From the NCBI GenBank assembly GCA_021157415.1, contig JAGGWN010000123.1, positions 1,226 through 65,225 on the forward strand: a stretch of 64,000 bases of DNA, given 5' to 3'. Within the stretch, counting starts at the first letter, position 1. Every line of letters begins with the position of its first letter. The translations under genes were made by a program, and so were the position numbers. Of the stretch, positions 29,381 through 39,517 are shown in pieces. Under the pieces are notes generated by a model. That model was given only the letters and a program-made list of their open reading frames with translations, was not told where the DNA came from and did no database searches. This DNA is from Bacteroidales bacterium. GTDB taxonomy: Bacteria; Bacteroidota; Bacteroidia; Bacteroidales; VadinHA17.

Positions 29381-31096
29381 TTAATGCTCTTCCTGTTTGA
29401 ATCTACCCAGGTCATTGATGGAAGAGATCATAATAAACTCTGCCCTTTCTCTGTTTTCAGCCCGGGCATTGCGAACAAACACTTCCAGAGATTTCCAGAA
29501 ACGTGATTCCCTGTTTGTATCCAGCAAAAGCAGATACCCCATAATAATATTCCCTGCCATCTCCACCAGACGCCGGGCATGAAAATCAATAAACTCCTTG
29601 TTTTCCGTTTCGTGTACTTTCCCGGAAGCATGCTCAAATTCCTCGGTCATACTGACAAGCATCCGCCTGTATGTATGCAGCTCGGGTTTGACTTTGGTTT
29701 CTTCATATTCCCTGATCTGTTTCAGCAGCGTTCCTCTGGCAATACCGGCAATGGCTGCTACCACCTGCAATTGTGTTGTCCCTTCATAAATAGATGTGAT
29801 ACGGGCATCCCGGTAAATACGTTCAATAGGATAGTCTTTCATGAAGCCGGAGCCTCCGTGGATTTGTAAGGCATCATAAGCAATACGGTTGCATATCTCT
29901 GAGGCCAGTCCTTTGGCCAGAGGAGTGTAGGCTTCTGCCAGTTGTTGATATTTTTTCATTTCCTGCCTTTCTTCCTTCTCCAGGGATCTTTCTTTGGAAA
30001 TATGAAACCAGGCTTTATACATATCTACAAAACGGGCCGTTTCATACAGCAGGGAACGGCTGGCGTCCAGCTTGGACTTCATGACAGAGAGCATCTCGTA
30101 CACAGCAGGAAAATGTATAATCGGTTTCCCGAACTGTTCTCTTTCTTTGGCGAAGGCCAGTGCTTCGCGGTAGGCTGCCTCAGCAATGCCCACCGACTGT
30201 GCTGCAATACCCAGACGAGCCCCGTTCATCAGCGACATAACATACCGTATCAAACCCATACGGCGCGAACCTACCAACTCAGCCGGCGTGTTACGGTAAA
30301 CCAGTTCGCACGTGGGAGAGCCGATGATGCCCAGTTTGTGTTCAATGCGTCTTACTTTTGTGATATGGTATTTTTTATTATCATAAATAAACATGGACAG
30401 GCCTCTGCCATCTTTTGTTCCTTCTTCCGAACGGGCCAGGACCAATGAAATATCCCCGTCCCCATTGGTAATAAATCGTTTGACACCATTCAGATACCAT
30501 TGATCCTTCTCCTTGTCATACGTAGCTTTCAACTGCACAGACTGCAGGTCTGAACCGGCATCAGGTTCTGTAAGAGCCATAGACCCTGTCTCGCCCTGAC
30601 AAAAACGTGGCAGATACCTGTCTTTCTGCTTCTCCGAAGCAAACTCATGAATGGTTTCGGCACAATCCTGCAGTCCCCAGATATTTACAAAAGCAGCATC
30701 TGCCCGGGAAACCATATCCGCTACCATCGTGTAAGGCACAATGGAAAAATTCAGGCCCCCGTATTTGCGGGGTAACGTGATCCCCATCAACCCGGCCTTA
30801 CGTATTGCTTCCAGGTTGATCTCTGTGCCTCTGGCATATTTTACTCGGTTATCCCTGACCTCAGGACCCTCCTCATCTATATCTTCAGCATTCGGAGCAA
30901 TAATATCACCGCAGATCTCCCCTACCACATCCAACACTCTCTCATAGCTGTCCATGGTATCTTCAAAATCCACAGGAGCATAATCATATTTTACCTTGTC
31001 AGCAAAATTGCGTTCCTTCAATGCAACGATTTTCTTCATTAAAGGATGGTTCATATGAAATTTCAGGTCAGGATTATCCGTATAAAAATTTGGCAT
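29381..31096 (-). CDS. Acyl-CoA dehydrogenase (ETF-associated)
   Basis: MALTEPDAGSD, GVKRFITNG, QIHGG.G, IYEGTTQLQ. Confidence 0.93.
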   Translation of the reverse strand: MPNFYTDNPDLKFHMNHPLMKKIVALKERNFADKVKYDYAPVDFEDTMDSYERVLDVVGEICGDIIAPNAEDIDEEGPEVRDNRVKYARGTEINLEAIRKAGLMGITLPRKYGGLNFSIVPYTMVADMVSRADAAFVNIWGLQDCAETIHEFASEKQKDRYLPRFCQGETGSMALTEPDAGSDLQSVQLKATYDKEKDQWYLNGVKRFITNGDGDISLVLARSEEGTKDGRGLSMFIYDNKKYHITKVRRIEHKLGIIGSPTCELVYRNTPAELVGSRRMGLIRYVMSLMNGARLGIAAQSVGIAEAAYREALAFAKEREQFGKPIIHFPAVYEMLSVMKSKLDASRSLLYETARFVDMYKAWFHISKERSLEKEERQEMKKYQQLAEAYTPLAKGLASEICNRIAYDALQIHGGSGFMKDYPIERIYRDARITSIYEGTTQLQVVAAIAGIARGTLLKQIREYEETKVKPELHTYRRMLVSMTEEFEHASGKVHETENKEFIDFHARRLVEMAGNIIMGYLLLLDTNRESRFWKSLEVFVRNARAENRERAEFIMISSINDLGRFKQEEH

Positions 31097-31134
31097 TGTT
31101 CTGTTTTTTTAATTAGCTGGATCTTTCAAGATGG

Positions 31135-32154
31135 TTATTTGGAATTCTCTTTATAATATTTGATCATTTTAGGTATTACATCTTCAACATTTCCCATGAT
31201 AGCATAATCTGCAATCTTATTGATCGGTGCTTCCGGATCATTATTGACTGAAATAACCATGGCTGACTCCTGCATCCCCGCGATATGTTGTACTTGTCCG
31301 GAAATACCGCAGGCAATATAGAGCTTCGGCCGTACCGTCACGCCTGTCTGTCCGATCTGGCGATCGTGTTCTGCAAACCCGGCATCTACCGCAGCACGCG
31401 AAGCTCCCACTTCTGCCCCGATTAGTTCGGCAAATTGGTAAAGCATTTCAAAATTTTCCTTCGATCCTACCCCATATCCACCGGAAACAATCACCGGAGC
31501 TCCTTTAAGGTTCACCCCCGACTCTTCCATATGTCGTTCAATCACTTTCACAACAAAATCTTCCGGTTTGACAAATTTGTCAACATCTATCTTTTTCACT
31601 TCTCCGCTGCGAGGCTTTTTGCATTTCTCCATTTTCATAACCCCTTCACGTACAGTAGCCATCTGGGGTTTGTTTTCCGGATTAATAATCGTAGCAATAA
31701 TATTTCCCCCAAAAGCAGGCCTGATTTGCAACAACAGGTTTTTATAGGTTTTTCCGGCTCTTTTGTCGGTATGTTCCCCGATTTCCAGGGCAGTACAATC
31801 AGCCGTAAGACCGCTACTTAACGCCGATGAAACACGAGGACCGAGGTCTCGCCCGAAACTGGTAGCACCCAACAAAGCCACCTGCGGTTTTTCCTGCCTG
31901 AACAGCTTTACGGTAATGCTGGTATAAGGTAAGGTAGTATAATGCTCCAAACGAACATCGTCGGCCAGCCAAACCGCATCGGCCCCATAATCAAAAGCTT
32001 CTTTTTCCAGTCCTTTAAGCTTGTATCCTATGATCAGTGCCTCCTGTTCACAGCCAAGCTGATCTGCCAGTTTCCGTCCTTTGGTCAGTAGTTCCAGGCT
32101 GATATCCGCTATCTTGCCATTTTCCAGTTCACATATAACAAATAAATTATCCAC
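31135..32154 (-). CDS. etfA: Electron transfer flavoprotein alpha subunit
   Basis: GLTADCT, RPAFGGN, GASRAAVD, QIGQTG, GISGQVQH. Confidence 0.95.
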   Translation of the reverse strand: MDNLFVICELENGKIADISLELLTKGRKLADQLGCEQEALIIGYKLKGLEKEAFDYGADAVWLADDVRLEHYTTLPYTSITVKLFRQEKPQVALLGATSFGRDLGPRVSSALSSGLTADCTALEIGEHTDKRAGKTYKNLLLQIRPAFGGNIIATIINPENKPQMATVREGVMKMEKCKKPRSGEVKKIDVDKFVKPEDFVVKVIERHMEESGVNLKGAPVIVSGGYGVGSKENFEMLYQFAELIGAEVGASRAAVDAGFAEHDRQIGQTGVTVRPKLYIACGISGQVQHIAGMQESAMVISVNNDPEAPINKIADYAIMGNVEDVIPKMIKYYKENSK

Positions 32155-32206
32155 TTTCTTCTGATTTTGAGGTTTGCAATTTCATGAACAAATGGGGAAA
32201 GATGTA

Positions 32207-33082
32207 TTATCCCAGGGTATGATTGCTGATCAGTTCTTTCATTAACCACTCAATATTTTGATTGTCTGCTTCCAGCACCTTGGCCTCCTTCGCCTGGAAC
32301 ACTACATTCTCAACTTTCTTTACTTTTGTAGGAGAACCCGACAACCCCAGCCTCTCCGGTTCGGCCTCTATATCTCCGACATTCCATTCCGGAAGATTCA
32401 GGAACGGCCGGTCATCATACATAAAAATATAATCTTCGGAAACATTCTGTCTTTCGCTGATCGTAGTGGCATATTTGTACTTCATGATCAGTTTGGCATT
32501 TCTCGGACGGCAGTTCGGTGCCGTTCCCGTAACTGTGATCAGGAGAGGAAAAGTGGATTCCACCGTTTCTACGCCTTTTTCGAGACGTCTCTTGACCACA
32601 ATTTTGTTTTTCTTTATTTCCACGATCTCTTCCGCATAGGTTACCTGCGGGACACCCAGCTTTTCAGCCACCTGCGGACCCACCTGTGCCGTATCTCCGT
32701 CAATAGCCTGGCGTCCTGCCAGAATAAAATCAAAATCACCCATTTTCACAATCGCCCGTGAGAGGGCATAAGAAGTAGCCAAGGTATCAGAGCCAGCAAA
32801 AGCCCTGTCTGTCAGCAGATATCCGTTATCGGCCCCACGGTACAAACCTTCCCGTATAATTTCCGCAGCGCGGGGAGGTCCCATAGTCAGGATGGTAACC
32901 GTACTCCCGGGATACTTGTCTTTAAGACGCAATGCCTGCTCCAGTGCATTCAAATCTTCCGGATTGAAAATAGCCGGTAAAGCCGCCCTGTTCACGGTCC
33001 CGTCTTCTTTCATGGCATCTTTCCCTACATTGCGTGTGTCCGGCACCTGTTTGGCCAATACAATGATTTTGAAGTTCTTCAT
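32207..33082 (-). CDS. etfB: Electron transfer flavoprotein beta subunit
   Basis: KQVPD, TMGPP, DRAFAGSDTLATS, GRQAIDGDTAQVG; TATATTTG promoter box at 33158-33165 (minus). Confidence 0.95.
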   Translation of the reverse strand: MKNFKIIVLAKQVPDTRNVGKDAMKEDGTVNRAALPAIFNPEDLNALEQALRLKDKYPGSTVTILTMGPPRAAEIIREGLYRGADNGYLLTDRAFAGSDTLATSYALSRAIVKMGDFDFILAGRQAIDGDTAQVGPQVAEKLGVPQVTYAEEIVEIKKNKIVVKRRLEKGVETVESTFPLLITVTGTAPNCRPRNAKLIMKYKYATTISERQNVSEDYIFMYDDRPFLNLPEWNVGDIEAEPERLGLSGSPTKVKKVENVVFQAKEAKVLEADNQNIEWLMKELISNHTLG

Positions 33083-33474
33083 ACAGTTCTGTTTTTTTTA
33101 CCTCTTGATGGGAACCGATCTGTGAGTGAATATCCCATCGGTTGTTTTTTTGTCCCGCAAATATAGATTTTTTTCTGCATTGACAAAAACCCGTCCTTTA
33201 CCACCTCTATGGTTCGGGGTTTTACCATACAAGACAAAACCAAAGGATATTTTCTTGCAGGAAAGGTATAAACACATAGAGGTGCTGGGCCTCATCCCGA
33301 CCCTGAGTAGTGCTTTTATCATCAGCTACCAGAAACCGGGTACCGGCGCAGAGTGGTCGCACAAAGGCACCCAATGGGTCTTTTTGCCCTCTCTGACTTA
33401 TTCTGTTACTATTATCCCGGCAAAAAAATACATTACAAAATGCAACCCGTTCATCCTAACGATCAAAAGACCGG

Positions 33475-34818
33475 TTATTTCTCCCTTTGCACTTTCTCTA
33501 AAAACTCGCCCAGAACGTTTTCCAGGGTAGGATCTCCTATTTCCTGCAAATCATAATAAACCCGGGTATTGGGTTTATTTATCTTAATGATCCTGTTCAG
33601 GTCGATCGGCGTTCCGATCACCACGGCGTCACAATTTGTATTTTCAATGGTTTTCTCCAGGTCGTGCAATTGTTCTTCTCCATAGCCCATGGCAGGAAGG
33701 AGTGTTCCAATGCCCGGATAGGTCTCGAAGGTCTGTTGCAGTTTCCCTGCCAGATAAGAACGGGGATCCACCGTTTCTATCGCACCGTATTTGCGGGCTG
33801 CGACCATACCGGCGCCCAATTTCATTCCCCCATGTGTCAGGGTGGGACCGTCTTCCACAACCAGCACCCTCTTTCCCCGTATCACTGCCGGATTGTCAAC
33901 ACGTATCGGCGAAGCTGCATCAATGACTCTGGCCTGCGGGACCAGTTCCCTGATGTTTTTTCTGACCCATTCAATATCTTCCGGTCTGGCGGTATCCATC
34001 TTATTTATGATCACCACATCCGCCATGCGAAAGGTCACCTCTCCCGGATAATAAGAACGTTCATGACCCGCTCTGTGCGGATCCGTAACCGTAATGGTAA
34101 GATCAGGCCTGTAAAACGGAAAATCATTGTTGCCGCCATCCCACAAGATCACATCGCAGCCGTCAGGATCATTCTCGGCAGCCCGCAAAATCGCTTCGTA
34201 ATCCACCCCCGCATAGATCACATTGCCCCGTACAATGTGCGGTTCATATTCCTCCATCTCCTCAATGGTGCAATGATATTTTTCCAGATCCTCCAGACGG
34301 GCAAACCGCTGTACTTTTTGTGCCGCCAGATCGCCATAAGGCATCGGATGCCTTATGGCTACCACCTTTAATCCTTTGTTCATCAATATCTCAATCACCC
34401 GCCGTGAGGTCTGACTCTTTCCACATCCCGTACGTATGGCTCCCACCGCTATGACAGGTTTGGTGCTCCTTATCATGGTATCATCAGGCCCCAGCAACCA
34501 GAAAGAAGCCCCGTTTGCATTGACAATAGCACTTGTGGCCATGACCTTCTGATAAGGAACATCACTATAGGAAAATACACAATCCTTAATTTCCATCTCC
34601 TTTATCAAACGCGGCAGATCTTCTTCAGCATAGATAGGAATCCCTTCAGGATACAAAGGCCCGGATAACTCAGGCGGATACATGCGCCCGTCAATATCCG
34701 GGATCTGTGCTGCCGTAAAAGCCATAACTTCATAATGGTCATTGCCACGGAAAAAGGTGTTAAAATTGTGAAAATCCCTTCCCGCTGCTCCGATGATGAT
34801 AATTCTTCTTCTTGTCAT
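33475..34818 (-). CDS. cDPG-synthetase-like P-loop protein (COG2403), probable arginine synthetase ArcE
   Basis: GAAGRDFHNFN, RTGCGKS, RHPMPYG, EEYEPH, WDGGNND, EDGPT.THG. Confidence 0.75.
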   Translation of the reverse strand: MTRRRIIIIGAAGRDFHNFNTFFRGNDHYEVMAFTAAQIPDIDGRMYPPELSGPLYPEGIPIYAEEDLPRLIKEMEIKDCVFSYSDVPYQKVMATSAIVNANGASFWLLGPDDTMIRSTKPVIAVGAIRTGCGKSQTSRRVIEILMNKGLKVVAIRHPMPYGDLAAQKVQRFARLEDLEKYHCTIEEMEEYEPHIVRGNVIYAGVDYEAILRAAENDPDGCDVILWDGGNNDFPFYRPDLTITVTDPHRAGHERSYYPGEVTFRMADVVIINKMDTARPEDIEWVRKNIRELVPQARVIDAASPIRVDNPAVIRGKRVLVVEDGPTLTHGGMKLGAGMVAARKYGAIETVDPRSYLAGKLQQTFETYPGIGTLLPAMGYGEEQLHDLEKTIENTNCDAVVIGTPIDLNRIIKINKPNTRVYYDLQEIGDPTLENVLGEFLEKVQREK

Positions 34819-35046
34819 AACATTAAAAGATTTAAAATAAATACAATATACAATAATCGTATAAATATACGCTATAATAATAAATTAAAAAAAACGTTTT
34901 GAAAGAAAGGTCTGAACGATTCGGCAGTGATTAACGTTACGTTCTGTAAACAAATATTTTACAAGACAGATGGAAGAACAAAAAAAAAATCTTTTTAGCA
35001 ACCATTTTGGCACAATTTTCGTCTTTGTATTAAGAAGCAATCTTTT

Positions 35047-35688
35047 ATGAATTATTTGGCCCATACATTCTTATCCGGTGATTCTGATCAGGTCAGGATA
35101 GGAAATTTTATTGGAGATTACGTAAAGGGGAGTGATTTTAACTTTTATCCTGAGGGGATTAAAAAAGGCATTATTCTGCACCGGCATATTGATTATTTTA
35201 CGGACAATCATCCGGTGGTTCAGGAAAGCAAATCCAGACTTATCCCTTTCTATCATAAGTATGCAGGGGTGATCATTGATATTTTTTATGACCATTTTCT
35301 TTCGGCCAACTGGGATTTTATTTCATCTATACCATTAAAAGAACTGGCTAAAATCACTTACCGGAACCTGCATGACAACTATGACATCCTTCCGGAGGCT
35401 ATCAGAAGAGTAGTTCCCTCCTTTATCTTTAACCGGTGGCTTGAAGCTTATAATACCGTGGAAGGGATTGATTTGGTATTAAAAAAAATGAGTACGGTTA
35501 CCTCCTTACCTGATTTTACGGATGAGGCCATCAACACCATGATTCTGTATTACGATAAATTCAGGGAAGAGTTTTTTGAGTTTTTCCCGGATATTGTCCA
35601 TTACGTTACCACTACGTTCGATGTTCATCTGTATCTTTCAGAGAACTTTATTGTAGAATTCTCCGAAGCCGAAAAGAAAAGAAGCTGA
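35047..35688 (+). CDS. acpH: ACP phosphodiesterase (AcpH/DUF479)
   Basis: MNYLAH, GNFIGDYVKG, LHRHIDYFTD.HP, DIFYDHFL. Confidence 0.9.
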   Translation: MNYLAHTFLSGDSDQVRIGNFIGDYVKGSDFNFYPEGIKKGIILHRHIDYFTDNHPVVQESKSRLIPFYHKYAGVIIDIFYDHFLSANWDFISSIPLKELAKITYRNLHDNYDILPEAIRRVVPSFIFNRWLEAYNTVEGIDLVLKKMSTVTSLPDFTDEAINTMILYYDKFREEFFEFFPDIVHYVTTTFDVHLYLSENFIVEFSEAEKKRS

Positions 35689-35740
35689 AAAGAAACGATG
35701 ACCGAAGCATTAACGGTTACTTTCCGGTCTTTTATCCTGA

Positions 35741-37168
35741 TTAAAAAGCGATTTCCATTCTGTCGGCGTCCATACGCAGGAAGACAAACAACAAGATGGT
35801 AAAAGCCCACAGGGAAGATCCCCCGTAACTAAAAAAGGGCAGAGGAATCCCGATCACCGGAAACAGACCGATGGTCATACCAATATTGACAAATACATGA
35901 AAACCCAGCAGTGAAAAAACGGAATAGCCGTAAATACGATTAAAGGCCGATCGTTGTCGTTCTGCCAACATCAATATTCTCAGCAAAAACATTACGTAAA
36001 AGGCAATGACAAGAAATGTCCCGACGAAGCCCCATTCCTCTCCCACCGTACAAAAAATAAAGTCGGTGCTTTGTTCGGGCACAAAATTAAATTTTGTCTG
36101 TGTTCCGTGTAAAAAGCCTTTCCCTTTAAAACCTCCCGACCCAATCGCTATTTTCGATTGATTCACATTATAGCCGCTCCCATACGGATCTGATTCAATG
36201 CCCAAAACGATATTGATCCTTGTCCGCTGATGTTCTTCCAGAATATTATTAAAGACATAACTGACAGAAAAAGCAAAAAATACGGAACCCAGCAATACGA
36301 CATACAGAATAGCCGATTTTTTTAGTTTGTATCGATAAAAAAACGGAATAAACACGACACCTGCAATAATCAAGGAGAAAACAATAATCGTATATACTGA
36401 AAAATATCTCCCCGTCAGCTTGGAACCTGCCCAGAGAATGATACCGGTAAGCAGAATCATAGCAACTCCTTTCAGGGTAAAGTTCACCTTTTTCTCCAGG
36501 AAAAGATGGATTACGACAGTTAATACAAGTAACCCCAGAATCACAATGGTTTTATCCAGCACAAGGGTCATGAAAAACAACAGGGCAAAAAGAAAACCCA
36601 CAATCAGCACACTGGCTGGCAGTCCTTCTCTGTACAACACCAAAACGAAAGCTACATAAACCAGGGTTGAACCCATGTCCGGCTGCAGCATAATCAGGAT
36701 TGCCGGAGCAAGAATCATCAGGCTGACGTTCAGAAGCGTCTTGATTTGATCCAGCGACCGGTTATAATAACTAAGGTACTTAGCCAATGCCAGGGATGTA
36801 GCCACTTTGGCAAATTCTGCAGGTTGAATACGAAAAGCACCTATCGGTATCCATGACCTGGAGCCGTGAATTGTCGCCCCGACAACCAATACTGCAAGCA
36901 GGGATAGGAGAGACAGAAAATAAATAGGATAAGCAAAAAAGTAATAGAACCGTGTATTAATCATAAAACCCATAATAGCCAGGATAAATGCAGCCACAAT
37001 CCAGTAAAATTGTTTTCCGTAACGCTGTGAGAAATCAAGGATTTGGGAATGATCTTCGCGAAAAGCCGAAGAATAGATATTGACAAAGCCGAAGATCACC
37101 AATGCCAGATACATCAGCACCGTCAACCAGTCGATCCTGCCCAGTATTTTACTTCTCCTGTACTCCAT
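35741..37168 (-). CDS. rodA: Peptidoglycan polymerase RodA
   Basis: QPAEFAK, QPDMG, IGSGG, VPEQSTDFIF, SYGGSS. Confidence 0.95.
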   Translation of the reverse strand: MEYRRSKILGRIDWLTVLMYLALVIFGFVNIYSSAFREDHSQILDFSQRYGKQFYWIVAAFILAIMGFMINTRFYYFFAYPIYFLSLLSLLAVLVVGATIHGSRSWIPIGAFRIQPAEFAKVATSLALAKYLSYYNRSLDQIKTLLNVSLMILAPAILIMLQPDMGSTLVYVAFVLVLYREGLPASVLIVGFLFALLFFMTLVLDKTIVILGLLVLTVVIHLFLEKKVNFTLKGVAMILLTGIILWAGSKLTGRYFSVYTIIVFSLIIAGVVFIPFFYRYKLKKSAILYVVLLGSVFFAFSVSYVFNNILEEHQRTRINIVLGIESDPYGSGYNVNQSKIAIGSGGFKGKGFLHGTQTKFNFVPEQSTDFIFCTVGEEWGFVGTFLVIAFYVMFLLRILMLAERQRSAFNRIYGYSVFSLLGFHVFVNIGMTIGLFPVIGIPLPFFSYGGSSLWAFTILLFVFLRMDADRMEIAF

Positions 37169-38996
37169 GTATTAAGTCTGTATTACGCATTCTGTTTTCC
37201 AGCCATTTTCTGCTTGTTTTCCCGCGTAAATATTTTTCAATCACCAAAGAAGCGATAGGGGCTGCATAGGTGGAGCCAAAACCGCCGTTTTCCACGTACA
37301 CCGAGACGGCAATTTCAGGGTTATCCTTTGGAGCAAAAGCCATAAAAATAGAATGGTCTTTCCCGTGCGGGTTCTGGGCTGTCCCTGTTTTTCCGCAAAC
37401 ACGTATTCCGTCAATATGAGCAATACGAGCCGTAGAGCCGCTGCCGGGCTCTCCGTTGACCACCAGATCCATCCCATCGACTATTATGGCAAAATTCGCG
37501 GAATCTATACCCACCGTGTGTTTAATATGATATTTTTCATCTATGGACGCAGCCCCTTCTATTTCTTTCACCACATGAGGTGTATAAAAGTAACCTCTGT
37601 TGGCAACGGTAGCTGCCAGATTGGCCATTTGTAAGGGAGTCAGCCCCAGCTCTCCCTGGCCTATGGCCATGGAAATCAGGGTCAGTGAGCTCCATCCGTT
37701 CTTATGATAATACCGGTCATAATAGGAAGTATCCGGTAAAAAACCGTTGAGCTCATTGGGAAGATCCACCCCCAGCTTATGCCCGAAACCAAACTGTTCC
37801 AGGTAATGCTTCCATACATCAAACGATTGATATACTGAAGGGTAACGAGGGTTATCCAGGATATTCCGAAACACATGACAAAAATAAGCATTACAGGAGT
37901 TCTGGATGGCCCCTTCCAGATTCAGGGGCGTACGATGAATATGACATCCCACATACACTCCCCGGGCATAATACCCCGGCGCACAGGAATAAGTCGAAGT
38001 AGGGAAGAGCACGCCTTCCTGCAAACCGATTAGCGCATTGACCACTTTGAAGGTGGACCCGGGTGGATAACTGGCCATAATAGCCCGGTTGAACAAGGGT
38101 TTCAGGGTATCTTGGGTCAGTGCCGGAAAATATTTGGAGCGACTGCGTCCTACCAGCAACGCCGGATCATAGCCAGGTGAAGACACCTCACACAATACCT
38201 CTCCCGTCTTCGGTTCAATGGCCACAATACTTCCCACCTTGTTATGCATCAGATATTCTCCATATTGTTGAAGATCTTTGTCAAAACAGGCAATCAGATT
38301 TCCCCCGACCACAGCGGCCGTGTCATACTTCCCGCTTTTATAGGATCCTTTGATCCGGTTGTGCACATCAACCAGATAGATTTTCACTCCTTTTTTACCA
38401 CGAAGCTGCTTTTCATAAGATTTTTCTATTCCGCTGATACCGATGTAATCTCCCATTTTATAATAGGGATCTCTGTTGATGATCGGCTCGGTTACTTCTC
38501 CCACATATCCCAGCATATGGGCGGCAACCGCTGAATTATAGCGCCTTATGGTCCGGGGTTGAACATAAAACCCAGGGAATTTGAACATTTTTTCTGACAG
38601 CTGAGCATAGGTACGTGCCGAAAGCTGTTTCATCAATACGGATGCTTTCAGGCGGGAATATCTGGCAGCTTTTCGGATCCCGTTTCTCACCTCTTCCACC
38701 GGAACATCCAGGATCAGACAAAATTCTACCGTATCAAATGATGACACCTGTGATGGAATCACCATCAGATCATAGGCAGCTTCATTAGAGACAACCAATT
38801 TGTGATTTCTGTCGTAGATCAGACCCCGGGCCGGATACTGGGGAATATAACGCAACACATTGTTGCTGGCACTTAGCTGATAGGACTCGTCAACAACTTG
38901 TATTACAAATAGTTTTACGACATAGACTAAAGCCAGAAAAATTACCAAGCCTCCAACAATATACTTCCGCCCCGCAAACTGATCAAACCCTTTCAT
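37149..38996 (-). CDS. mrdA: Penicillin-binding protein 2
   Basis: RGLIYDRN, PGSTFK, SCN, KTGTAQ. Confidence 0.95.
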   Translation of the reverse strand: MKGFDQFAGRKYIVGGLVIFLALVYVVKLFVIQVVDESYQLSASNNVLRYIPQYPARGLIYDRNHKLVVSNEAAYDLMVIPSQVSSFDTVEFCLILDVPVEEVRNGIRKAARYSRLKASVLMKQLSARTYAQLSEKMFKFPGFYVQPRTIRRYNSAVAAHMLGYVGEVTEPIINRDPYYKMGDYIGISGIEKSYEKQLRGKKGVKIYLVDVHNRIKGSYKSGKYDTAAVVGGNLIACFDKDLQQYGEYLMHNKVGSIVAIEPKTGEVLCEVSSPGYDPALLVGRSRSKYFPALTQDTLKPLFNRAIMASYPPGSTFKVVNALIGLQEGVLFPTSTYSCAPGYYARGVYVGCHIHRTPLNLEGAIQNSCNAYFCHVFRNILDNPRYPSVYQSFDVWKHYLEQFGFGHKLGVDLPNELNGFLPDTSYYDRYYHKNGWSSLTLISMAIGQGELGLTPLQMANLAATVANRGYFYTPHVVKEIEGAASIDEKYHIKHTVGIDSANFAIIVDGMDLVVNGEPGSGSTARIAHIDGIRVCGKTGTAQNPHGKDHSIFMAFAPKDNPEIAVSVYVENGGFGSTYAAPIASLVIEKYLRGKTSRKWLENRMRNTDLIHGVQEK

Positions 38997-39517
38997 CCTC
39001 TGCCCAAACCTTTTGGCTTATAAACCGAAAACTGACTTAGAACGATCAGAAAGATCGTAAAAAAAGAACTGATAAATACCCTGAACAAGGTAGTGAAAAA
39101 ATGATGAAATGTGAATACCTCAAAATAAAACAGAATTGCATGATGAAGAAAAACAAGGATTACCGAATATTTCATAAACCAGGAAAAGCCATAATCACGA
39201 ATCATGGGCTCACTATTGGGGACATAACCATCCTGCGGGGCAATTAGTTTTAATACGCCGGGACGGAACCACGCCATCAGCAAAGTTGCAGATGTATGGA
39301 TACCATAGGTATGTTCAAATAAGTCCATGACAAACCCTGTAAAAAAAGCCATGAGAAGAAGTAACCACCCGGGGATTTCAAAAGGTAGCATCAGGATAAA
39401 CAGAACATATAAAAAAGGAACGACAAAACTGCTAATCTGAAGATTATCCAGTATCAGGATCTGGACAAGCACCAGGATAATGAATAACAATGTATATCGG
39501 AACAAGTGATTAATCAT
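38993..39517 (-). CDS. mreD: Rod shape-determining protein MreD
   Basis: Hydrophobic 174 aa protein between mreC and mrdA; G..MDLF. Confidence 0.85.
   Translation of the reverse strand: MINHLFRYTLLFIILVLVQILILDNLQISSFVVPFLYVLFILMLPFEIPGWLLLLMAFFTGFVMDLFEHTYGIHTSATLLMAWFRPGVLKLIAPQDGYVPNSEPMIRDYGFSWFMKYSVILVFLHHAILFYFEVFTFHHFFTTLFRVFISSFFTIFLIVLSQFSVYKPKGLGRG

Noticed and set aside
33098-33556. Small ORFs or a riboswitch upstream of etfB
   Set aside because: No coding features; the promoter box lies only about 75 nt from the start and no FMN or other riboswitch consensus was recognisable
35007-35022. Sigma-54-like TTGGCAC upstream of acpH
   Set aside because: The -12 element reads TCGT rather than TTGC; the ECF-like reading fits better
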